From an uncultured Phycisphaeraceae bacterium (lineage in GTDB: Bacteria > Planctomycetota > Phycisphaerae > UBA1845): 24,000 bases of DNA. The DNA is taken from NCBI GenBank assembly GCA_964426945.1, contig CAYRSS010000012.1, forward strand, positions 8,705-32,704, read 5' to 3'. The position numbers and the translations under genes were made by a program. Below the pieces are notes generated by a model that had not been told where the DNA came from, searched no databases, and was given only the letters and a program-made list of their open reading frames with translations. This document shows, one piece after another, positions 9,922-16,617 of this stretch (the first letter of the stretch is position 1; each line of letters opens with the position of its first letter).

Positions 9922-10320
9922 CTAGTCCACTCGCGACGACGAGCCGCGCCGGGCGGGCGCCTTGGCCTTGCTCTTAGCCGGGGTCCGCGAAGGGGCCGTC
10001 GAGGCCTTGGGCCGCGAACTCTTGGGCTTTGCAGCCTTGGGGCTCGGGGCAGAGGCGGGCTTCACGGGCGTTGCCGGCTTCTCATACGACGCGGCCAGCC
10101 CGACGTGCAGGCGGCCGAGGCGATCGTGGATCTGTGCGGGCGACCGAACGCGGGCGAGGCTGGCCTGCATAGACCACAGCTCGCGACGCAGGTCGTGGCT
10201 CTTCGCCTCGTTCCGCAGGGCCGCCGCAGCCATCCGGGACTGTTCGGAACGGACGTACACCGTGCCCATCGCGACGCCGGCCATGGCCAGCAGCAATACC
10301 GTGGCTCGCATCACGTACAA
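9922..10320 (-). CDS. FtsL-like bitopic division protein with a basic Pro/Ala/Lys/Ser-rich C-terminal tail
   Basis: 132 aa with an N-terminal TM segment (ATVLLLAMAGVAMGTVYV). This is followed by a helical segment resembling FtsL (LRRELWSMQASLARVRSPAQIHDRLGRL). The gene lies directly upstream of ftsI, as ftsL does in dcw clusters. The start is ambiguous: TTG 10320 lies 9 nt after an AGGGAG, and GTG 10314 or ATG 10311 are alternatives. Confidence 0.5.
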   Translation of the reverse strand: MYVMRATVLLLAMAGVAMGTVYVRSEQSRMAAAALRNEAKSHDLRRELWSMQASLARVRSPAQIHDRLGRLHVGLAASYEKPATPVKPASAPSPKAAKPKSSRPKASTAPSRTPAKSKAKAPARRGSSSRVD

Positions 10321-10326
10321 AGGCGA

Positions 10327-11352
10327 CTACTCCCTGGCGGAGACCGCGTTGCCTGTCGGAATCTGGATCCGCACGCCCGGCCGGATGCGGTCGGGGTTGG
10401 GGAACTTGTCCTTGTTCAGCTCGTGGATCTCGCGCCAGCGCGACTCGTCGCCGAGTTGCTCCCGGGCGATGCTCGCGTAGCGGTCGTTCTCGCGGACGAC
10501 GTACCAGCGCTTCGCCGAGGCGGTCAGCGTCTTTTTCTCGCGCTCGGCAGCGGGATCGGGCTTCGTCGGAGCCGGTTCGCGGCGGGCGAGCGCCTCGCTG
10601 CCGCCCGTGGGAATCGCGTCAGCCCGCTTGCGGTTCTCGCCGGGCATTTCTGGAAGGACGATCGTCGCCCCGGCCTTGATGTCGTTGGGGCTGCTCATGT
10701 TCGAGCGATTCGCCGCGTAGATCAGGTCGATCACCGACCGGGCCTGCGAGCCGTAGTTCTTCTGGGCGATCTTCGAGAGCGAGTCGCCGCGCTGCACGAC
10801 GTACGAGCGACCCTTCTCCTCGGAGGCCGGTGTCACCGGGGGCTCGACCGGGCGGATGATCGGCGGCTCGCCGCGGGGGTACTGCGGGGGCTCCGCCGAA
10901 CCGCCTTCGCCGCTGCGATCGGCGTGGACCTGGGCGGCGATGCGACTGAGCATCTCCTCCAGGCGGCGACGCTTGTCCTCCGGGCTCTGCGTGTCGGCGT
11001 CGGCGGTGTCGCCGCGGCGCATGTGCAGGTCGTGGCCGCCGCGCGGGTCGGGGCTGCCGCCGGGCAGGCTGTCGCCTCCCCCGAGCCGCGCCCCGCCGGG
11101 CAGCTGCGCTTCGCCGCGATCGGGCATGTGCTGGACGATGGCCCGCCCGGAGCTGTCGTAGGTCGTGCTGGTCCGGGGAGAGGGGGTGACGGCGGTCGAA
11201 GCGGGACCGGTGTCGGTGCGGGGCTTCTGGACGATGTAGTCCGGGATCTGGGCGTCGATGAACTGCTCGCGGCCGCGATTGGCCAGAATCACCGCGAAAC
11301 ACACGATGAACGCCAGCCCGACCAGCAGGCCGACCTTGGTCTCCTTCGCCAT
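10327..11352 (-). CDS. Membrane-anchored protein with two C-terminal LysM peptidoglycan-binding domains
   Basis: I prefer the ATG at 11352, which is preceded by AAGGAG 8 nt upstream, giving MAKETKVGLLVGLAFIVCFAVILA as a TM anchor. A long low-complexity linker follows. Two LysM-like units are present: SYVVQRGDSLSKIAQKNYG...IKAGATIVLP and WYVVRENDRYASIAREQLG...IRPGVRIQIP. Confidence 0.8.
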   Translation of the reverse strand: MAKETKVGLLVGLAFIVCFAVILANRGREQFIDAQIPDYIVQKPRTDTGPASTAVTPSPRTSTTYDSSGRAIVQHMPDRGEAQLPGGARLGGGDSLPGGSPDPRGGHDLHMRRGDTADADTQSPEDKRRRLEEMLSRIAAQVHADRSGEGGSAEPPQYPRGEPPIIRPVEPPVTPASEEKGRSYVVQRGDSLSKIAQKNYGSQARSVIDLIYAANRSNMSSPNDIKAGATIVLPEMPGENRKRADAIPTGGSEALARREPAPTKPDPAAEREKKTLTASAKRWYVVRENDRYASIAREQLGDESRWREIHELNKDKFPNPDRIRPGVRIQIPTGNAVSARE

Positions 11353-11462
11353 GCCCGGCACTCCTTTGCACACCGCGGCCGTCGACCGCGCTGCTTCGCC
11401 GGCTGCCCTGCCGGCACTTCGCTGTTCGCCCCGCCGGCTCGTCGCCGGCGCTCGCCCGTTCG

Positions 11463-12413
11463 TCAGCCCCGTCGCACCGCGACCCTCAGCTTCGCGCTGC
11501 GCGAGCGGGGATTGCTCTCTCGCTCTGCCTCACTCGCCACCACCGGATGCTTAGTAAGAATATCGTATAGACCTTCACTTTTTCTTCGGCGGAAGTCGAG
11601 TTTGACCGGACGATCTTCGATGCTGTGAAACGCAATCACGCCGAACCGCGCGCCGACGCGCAGCACGTCGGGCGCAGTTTCCAGCAGCCGCTCCAGCACG
11701 CGAATCTCGTCATTCACCGCAATCCGCAGCGCCTGAAACGTCCGCGTTGCCGGGTGAATCCGGCTCTTGCGCGAGTCGGGGTTGACCCCCAGCGCGCGAC
11801 AGACCACGGCCGAAAGCTGCGCCGTGGTCGTGATTCGCGAGCTGCGCCGCGCCTCGTAGATCGCCCGCGCGATGCGCCGCGAGCCGGGCTCCTGCGAGGA
11901 GTGATAGATCAGATCTCCCAGGTCCTTCTCGGGGAGTCGGTTGATCAGGTCGGCCGCGGTCGTGGTCAACCGCGGGTCCATCCGCATGTCGAGCGGGCCG
12001 TCGTGCCGGAAGGAGAAGCCGCGATCCGGCTGATCGAGGTGGGTCGAAGCCACGCCGAGATCGGCGAAGAGCACGTCCACGCGGTCGAGGCCGACGGAGC
12101 GAAGGGCGTCCTTGATCTCGGCGAAGTTGGCGTGGACGAGTTCGACGCGGCCCGGCGCGCCGGCCAGGCGTTCGCGGGCCGCGGCGAGGTTCTGCGGATC
12201 GACATCCAGCCCGACGAGTATGCCTTCGCTGCCCGCGGCCTCCGCGAACAGCCGCGCGTGCCCCCCCAGCCCGAGTGTCACATCCGCCACGACGTCGCCC
12301 GGACGAACGGCCATCAGCCGACTCACGTCCTCGGGCAGCACCGGGGTGTGTCCGAACGGCTCGTCGAGCGGTTCATCCCCCCCCGGAGGGTTATCATGAA
12401 GGTGCCGGGTCAT
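11463..12413 (-). CDS. rsmH: 16S rRNA (cytosine1402-N4)-methyltransferase RsmH (MraW)
   Basis: 316 aa with HTPVLPEDV...DVTLGLGGHARL near the N-terminus, plus LGVASTHLDQPDRGFSF and IAFHSIEDRPVK. These are typical RsmH motifs. It sits in the dcw position after mraZ. Confidence 0.93.
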   Translation of the reverse strand: MTRHLHDNPPGGDEPLDEPFGHTPVLPEDVSRLMAVRPGDVVADVTLGLGGHARLFAEAAGSEGILVGLDVDPQNLAAARERLAGAPGRVELVHANFAEIKDALRSVGLDRVDVLFADLGVASTHLDQPDRGFSFRHDGPLDMRMDPRLTTTAADLINRLPEKDLGDLIYHSSQEPGSRRIARAIYEARRSSRITTTAQLSAVVCRALGVNPDSRKSRIHPATRTFQALRIAVNDEIRVLERLLETAPDVLRVGARFGVIAFHSIEDRPVKLDFRRRKSEGLYDILTKHPVVASEAERESNPRSRSAKLRVAVRRG

Positions 12414-12652
12414 CCCATCCTTGTAGACACGGCACCTCTGGTAGACCTACGCGACTGACTGCGCCCCCGCGGGGCGAGGTGTGACGACAGGCGAACATGG
12501 GAAAATCGCCCGCCCAGGCTCGAGAGCCGACGGACTCGCTGCTGCAGCTCGGCGACCTCCGATGGCGACACCGCCGCGGGATGGGCCGCCTCGGCAGCCG
12601 TCTGCAGCCGCTCAAGAATCCGTGGCACCAGACGATTCCGATCCACGCTCAT
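12410..12652 (-). CDS. Hypothetical 80-codon ORF in the mraZ-rsmH spacer (speculative)
   Basis: The ATG at 12652 is preceded by GACGAGGTGCGAGGC, which is SD-like. The peptide begins MSVDRNRLVPRILERLQTAAEAAHPAAVSPSEVAELQQRVRRLSSL, which looks helical, then continues into an Arg/Ser-rich tail. Its TGA (12412..12410) overlaps the rsmH ATG (12413..12411) as ATGA. The codon-phase GC signal is ambiguous (see findings). Confidence 0.25.
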   Translation of the reverse strand: MSVDRNRLVPRILERLQTAAEAAHPAAVSPSEVAELQQRVRRLSSLGGRFSHVRLSSHLAPRGRSQSRRSTRGAVSTRMG

Positions 12653-12737
12653 GCCTCGCACCTCGTCCTTCGCGATCCGTCCACCTGTCGCAGCGCCGGC
12701 GGCTCCGCCACTACGCAACCACTGCGACAGTTCCGCA

Positions 12738-12760
12738 CCGACGCCCCGATGGGGCGTCGG
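12738..12760 (-). other. Perfect 10-bp stem-loop in the mraZ-rsmH spacer
   Basis: CCGACGCCCC (12738-12747), loop GAT, GGGGCGTCGG (12751-12760). It lies about 160 nt downstream of the mraZ stop. No U-tract follows on the minus strand. Confidence 0.4.
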
Positions 12761-12921
12761 GCCGGCCTGCGGGTCGCTCGCATCCCTGCTCGCGGCCCGC
12801 CCAGCACTCCTCGTGCGCCGCACACCGTCGCGGGAGGCTCCGTCCTGGCACCTCTCCACGACTGCGCCGCATGATTCCACTCGCTGCGGCCTGAATCGAC
12901 CGCCGCACGGGGAGCGACCGG

Positions 12922-13404
12922 CTAACCTGTGGTGGGCGACCCCGGCTTGGACCAAAGGTATGGCTCCCAGTCCGGCCAGGTGTCGCCCTCCAAATCCTCG
13001 CCGAGAGCCGCGTCGAAGCGCTCCCGGTTCCAGACGACAATGTGATCCTTCAGACCGACCAGCATCATGTCCGAGCCGAGGCTCGCCTTCTTCGCCAGAT
13101 CGTCGGGAAGCGTCAGGCGGCCCTGCTTGTCCATTTCCACCTGTCGGGTCATCGCGTAAAATTGGAGCTCGAATTTCCGGGGGCCCGGCCCGGGGATGTA
13201 TTCGGTCTCCATGCGGCGGACGAACGCTTCGAATCGCTCCTCGGTGAAGATGGATAGAGTTTTCTCTTCCCGACCGAGCGTGACGTAAAGCCGTGTCTTG
13301 TCCGCCTCCTTGCCGTCGTGGATGACTTTGCAAAACTGGGAGGGAATCTGCAGGCGCTTTTTGTCATCCAGGCTCTTCGGATAGCTGCCGACGAAGACCC
13401 GCAT
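12922..13404 (-). CDS. mraZ: Transcriptional regulator MraZ
   Basis: 160 aa with two MraZ/SpoVT-AbrB-type half-domains, each carrying the DxxxR signature (LDDKKRLQIPSQF and MDKQGRLTLPDDL). It is the first gene of the dcw cluster. Confidence 0.92.
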   Translation of the reverse strand: MRVFVGSYPKSLDDKKRLQIPSQFCKVIHDGKEADKTRLYVTLGREEKTLSIFTEERFEAFVRRMETEYIPGPGPRKFELQFYAMTRQVEMDKQGRLTLPDDLAKKASLGSDMMLVGLKDHIVVWNRERFDAALGEDLEGDTWPDWEPYLWSKPGSPTTG

Positions 13405-13407
13405 GAC

Positions 13408-13458
13408 GCACCCGCTGAATCACTCCAAAAAGTGGGATGGCCCACCAATCTCATCCAC
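13408..13458 (-). promoter_or_regulatory. Cluster of GTGG-type motifs between the candidate promoter and the mraZ start; possible MraZ operator
   Basis: The minus strand reads GTGGAtgagattgGTGGGccatCCCACtttttgGAGTGattcagcgGGTGC. GTGGG/CCCAC forms a 5-bp inverted repeat. The plus strand contains AAAGTGG at 13429-13435. Confidence 0.3.
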
Positions 13459-13464
13459 GGCCGT

Positions 13465-13494
13465 ACCATAGCGGCGGACCCGAGACGGTGTCAA
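13465..13494 (-). promoter_or_regulatory. Candidate sigma70-type promoter for mraZ and the dcw operon
   Basis: On the minus strand there is a perfect TTGACA (13494..13489), an 18-nt spacer and TATGGT (13470..13465), about 60 nt upstream of the mraZ ATG. A perfect TTGACA is improbable by chance in such GC-rich DNA. Confidence 0.4.
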
Positions 13495-13541
13495 CAGAAA
13501 TCCCGCCCTCTTTTGCGCGGTTCGCGCAGCCTCCGCGCGAG

Positions 13542-13560
13542 GCGGGGCAAGGAGCCCCGC
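13542..13560 (-). terminator. GC stem-loop downstream of the exosortase-like gene (possible U-tract-less terminator)
   Basis: GCGGGGC, loop AAGGA, GCCCCGC: a perfect 7-bp stem. It lies about 110 nt after the stop at 13670 and upstream of the candidate mraZ promoter. There is no U-tract. Confidence 0.3.
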
Positions 13561-13669
13561 ATCTGGTAGTGATTCGGTCGCATCAAAACATCGGCTAGCG
13601 GGTGGGCCGCGGCGGGGGGCGAAGCGCAATTTCTGCAAGGGGAGGCGCGGCGGAGAACTCGAGGAGGGT

Positions 13670-14938
13670 CTACTTGCTCGCCGCGCCGGCGGTCTTTGCG
13701 TGAAGCAGCCCCGCCCAGTCGCTGCGGCGGAACGTGGCGGCGATCCAGATGAAGATCGGCACGACGAAGAAACTCGCCGGCGCTTCGACGAACGCGATCT
13801 TCGCCTGCATCAGCAGCGAGGCCCACGTCTCGGAGAAATCGTACTGCCGCACGGGCAGATCAGGCCGCGCGAACTCGAGCGCGAGCGGCAGGCCGATGCG
13901 CAGCGCGATGAACGGAACGAGGCAGGCCAGCCCGATCAGCAGCGCGATCAGGCGACGCCGCCAGGCAATCGGCGTAGCCAGGACCAGTGCCACCAGCGTG
14001 ACAGTCGGCATGTAGCCGACGCTCCACGAACTGACCTCGAACACGCCCTCGACACCGCGGACCTTGCTGCTGCGCAGTACGACCTCGGTGTCGAAGGGGC
14101 CTACCGGCGGATTCAGCGGCAGGAAACGCGTCTGACCGGCGTCGCCCATCGTACCGAAGCATGTCTGCCCCACGAGCCGGAACACCGGCGAGTAGGCCTT
14201 GCTCGCGTAGGGCCACACCGACAGCAGCAGGCCGTACACCACGAGGAAAGACGCGAGAAACACGCCGACTTGAGCGAGCATCGTGCGCTGCCCGGCCGGC
14301 GGTGCTCCGCCCTCGCCGGCGGAGCTGGCCTGCCCGGGGCGCATCGCCCAGCGCAGCCAGACCAGCCACAGCGCGATCGTGAGGATGATGAAGACCGCCT
14401 GCCAGATGTCGACGTGCATCAGGTCGAACAGGCGGCGCGAGTACAAGCCGACGACAAACAGCGTGAGGATCCGAAACAGGTTCAGCGCCGCGAGCAGCGC
14501 CGCCCCCACGGCCGCCCCGAGCCAGCGCTTGCGCCAAGGCGCCGGGAACGCCAGCACGCCGAAGACGAACAGCGCGGTCGCCTCCATCGCGTCGCAGCCG
14601 CGCACGACCTGCACGGCGAAGCCCGACGCGGCATCGGTCATCACGTTGCCCGCGACGACCGCCTCGTACCCCACCAGGCGCAGCAGGAACCCCGCCACCG
14701 ACGCATACGCCGCGAGGTAGCCGTCGATGATGCTGTCGGTGAACCGGGCTCCGGTCGCCGAGGGCGGGCGGTAGAAAACGAGGTAGAACGCCGCCATCAG
14801 AACGGCGAACAGACCGAGGAACTTCAGCGCGTCACGGTTCCGGGCCAGCCAGGAACCCCTGGCGGCGGGGGCTGTGGGCCGCCCGCCCCGCGGCGGAGAG
14901 GAGGCCGCGCGCTGTTTGTCCCTGGGGCGTGGTGCCAT
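13670..14938 (-). CDS. Exosortase/archaeosortase-like polytopic membrane protein fused to an extra C-terminal multi-TM domain
   Basis: 422 aa. In the N-terminal half, hydrophobic helices carry candidate Cys/Arg/His residues in exosortase order: VVRGCDAMEATALF, then ALNLFRILTLFVV, then FDLMHVDIWQAVF. The C-terminal roughly 200 aa add about 4 further TM segments and a loop I do not recognise. The family call comes from motif memory, not an HMM. Confidence 0.55.
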   Translation of the reverse strand: MAPRPRDKQRAASSPPRGGRPTAPAARGSWLARNRDALKFLGLFAVLMAAFYLVFYRPPSATGARFTDSIIDGYLAAYASVAGFLLRLVGYEAVVAGNVMTDAASGFAVQVVRGCDAMEATALFVFGVLAFPAPWRKRWLGAAVGAALLAALNLFRILTLFVVGLYSRRLFDLMHVDIWQAVFIILTIALWLVWLRWAMRPGQASSAGEGGAPPAGQRTMLAQVGVFLASFLVVYGLLLSVWPYASKAYSPVFRLVGQTCFGTMGDAGQTRFLPLNPPVGPFDTEVVLRSSKVRGVEGVFEVSSWSVGYMPTVTLVALVLATPIAWRRRLIALLIGLACLVPFIALRIGLPLALEFARPDLPVRQYDFSETWASLLMQAKIAFVEAPASFFVVPIFIWIAATFRRSDWAGLLHAKTAGAASK

Positions 14939-15032
14939 CGAAAGCGGGTGAGGGCTCGGCGAGGACCGGCGAAACGGGGAAGCCGATGGCCCGCGGTCAG
15001 TCGAAGGGGCGGCGGCATCCTCCGCGCAAGCG

Positions 15033-15063
15033 GCGAGGCATCCGCGTCACGCGAATGCCTCGC
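15033..15063 (-). other. 31-nt near-perfect palindrome / stem-loop after the small anchored-protein gene
   Basis: GCGAGGCAT c CGCG tca CGCG a ATGCCTCGC: 13 bp with one mismatch. It lies 33 nt downstream of the stop at 15096. No U-tract follows on the minus strand; CCTTTTC follows on the plus strand. Confidence 0.35.
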
Positions 15064-15095
15064 ATCGCATGCCTTTTCAAGCAATCCGGATCGAT

Positions 15096-15431
15096 CTAGC
15101 CGATCGGGGCTGCGGGCTTCTTGGCCTTCGAGCCGCCGCTGCCCTTGTTGCCGAGGCGGGCCGTGTCGCGCGGGCCGCTGGCGGCATCACCACCGCCGAG
15201 CTGCTCCACGTTGCCGCGCGACGCACTGTCATCGCGGTCACGGTCGCGGCTGGGACGACGCTCGGGCTCCGCCTGGTCGCCGCCGAGCTGCGTCGGCGGC
15301 GTCTCATCGAGGCTGCCCGGGGTGTAGCTGTTGCCCTCGGGCATGTTCAGCCAGACCGCCAGCCCAATCAGCACCACGAGCACCACGCCAAGCATGATCT
15401 TCTTGTTGCCTTCCACGGTTTCGGCCTCCAT
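15096..15431 (-). CDS. Small N-terminally anchored protein with a charged low-complexity tail (hypothetical)
   Basis: ATG at 15431, with a GTG one codon upstream at 15434. One TM segment (IMLGVVLVVLIGLAVWL) is followed by a Pro/Asp/Arg/Gly-rich tail. Third-codon positions are predominantly G/C as in neighbouring real genes. I recognise no family. Confidence 0.55.
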   Translation of the reverse strand: MEAETVEGNKKIMLGVVLVVLIGLAVWLNMPEGNSYTPGSLDETPPTQLGGDQAEPERRPSRDRDRDDSASRGNVEQLGGGDAASGPRDTARLGNKGSGGSKAKKPAAPIG

Positions 15432-15672
15432 CACAGGCTAGTGTCAATCTTGTGTCAGCAAGTCGCGCTGCGACTCTTGAAGTATCGGGGCGCAAATCGA
15501 CAACGTCAAGCGAAAACACGACGCGCACATCACCGCACCGCGGCCTGGCGCGGTTGCTCCCTGCAGGATTGTAGACCGCCGCCGGGGCCCCGTTGACCCG
15601 GCTTACGAAACTGGTACGCTGCTGCGGCAATCGGTCAATCCGTCTTCGCATGAATTTTTGAAGGGTCGCTAC

Positions 15673-16584
15673 ATGGCGGTCAAGGTCGGTTTCAGCACGC
15701 TGACATGTCCCGGCTGGGACGTTCAGACGATTATCCAACAGGCGGTCGAACTGGGGTGCGACGGGGTGGAGTTCCGTGGTCTGCGCGGCGAGCTCCACCT
15801 CCCTCTGGCGTCGGAGCTGGCCGGACAGCCGGAGCGTACGCGCCAGCTCTTCGAGTCGGCGAAGGTGGAAATCGCCTGCCTGGCGTCGTCGTCGACCCTG
15901 GCGGCCAAGAACAAGGCCGCCCTCGCCGACGAGCGGGCGAAGATCGTCGAATACATCGAAATGGCCGGCCGGCTCGGCTGCCCCTTCGTCCGGATCTTCG
16001 CCGGCGAGGTCCAGCGCTGGCCGGACAACTACCACGCGTGCCTAGGGCGGATCGCGCAGGAGCTGATCCGGCTCGTGCCCGTGGCGACGAAGAACCGGGT
16101 GTCGCTGCTGATTGAGAATAGCGGCGACTTCCCGAGCAGCGACGCGATCTGGTTCCTGGTGGACGCCGTGGGGCATCCGTCGGTTCGCGCGTGCTGGAAT
16201 CAGTGCTATGGCCTTACCGCACTCGAGCGAGCGACGCTATCCCTGCCCCGACTCGGGCAGAAGCTGTCGGTCGTCCACGTCGCCGACGCGGACGTCGATG
16301 AGCACGGCGTGCTCCTCGGCTACAAGCCGCTCGGCCAGGGCAGCGCAGAGGTCGCCCGCCAGATCGAAATCCTGCGCGGGCTCGCCTTCAACGGCTACGT
16401 CATGTGCGAGTGGCCCAAGATGTGGGACGACAGCCTGCCCGGTCCGGAGATCGCCCTGCCGCAGGCGGTCAAGTTCCTGCGGGAGCGCCTCGGCGAGCAG
16501 CAGCCCGTCCTCACCGCCTACAAGGGCGACAAGAACGCGCCGAAGTTCACGACCCGGCGCGCACCCACGACGCTGCGCGGCTGA
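15673..16584 (+). CDS. Sugar phosphate isomerase/epimerase (xylose-isomerase-like TIM barrel family)
   Basis: ATG at 15673 is preceded by AAGGG 8 nt upstream. The product is 303 aa starting MAVKVGFSTLTCPGW, with GCDGVEF, PFVRIFAG, LLIENSG and CEW segments typical of AP_endonuc_2/TIM-barrel isomerases. Its specific substrate is unknown. Confidence 0.8.
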   Translation: MAVKVGFSTLTCPGWDVQTIIQQAVELGCDGVEFRGLRGELHLPLASELAGQPERTRQLFESAKVEIACLASSSTLAAKNKAALADERAKIVEYIEMAGRLGCPFVRIFAGEVQRWPDNYHACLGRIAQELIRLVPVATKNRVSLLIENSGDFPSSDAIWFLVDAVGHPSVRACWNQCYGLTALERATLSLPRLGQKLSVVHVADADVDEHGVLLGYKPLGQGSAEVARQIEILRGLAFNGYVMCEWPKMWDDSLPGPEIALPQAVKFLRERLGEQQPVLTAYKGDKNAPKFTTRRAPTTLRG

Positions 16585-16617
16585 CGCCGGCGGCCGCCCC
16601 CGTCAGGGGGTGACCGC

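Noticed and set aside
10105-11628. 507-aa plus-strand ORF opposite the LysM gene and the rsmH 3' end
   Set aside because: The translation is Arg/Gly/Leu-rich nonsense. It is antisense to genes with clear domain signatures.
12497-12874. 125-aa plus-strand ORF in the mraZ-rsmH spacer with fairly high third-position GC (about 79 percent by hand count over the first 52 codons)
   Set aside because: The peptide (MGKSPAQAREPTDSLLQLGDLRWRHRRG...) has no hydrophobic core pattern. It would be antisense inside a unidirectional operon. Its phase signal is the mirror of the minus-strand candidate. I do not call it as a gene, but it is not formally excluded (see finding).
12410-13333. 307-aa minus-strand ORF taken as a whole
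   Set aside because: Its upstream two thirds overlap mraZ out of frame and translate to Arg/Gly-rich sequence. Only the last 80 codons (12652..12410), which lie in the intergenic spacer, were kept as a speculative candidate.
13700-15397. 565-aa plus-strand ORF opposite the exosortase-like gene
   Set aside because: The translation is Arg/Glu/His/Gln/Asp-rich with no structure-like pattern. It is antisense to a coherent multi-TM protein.
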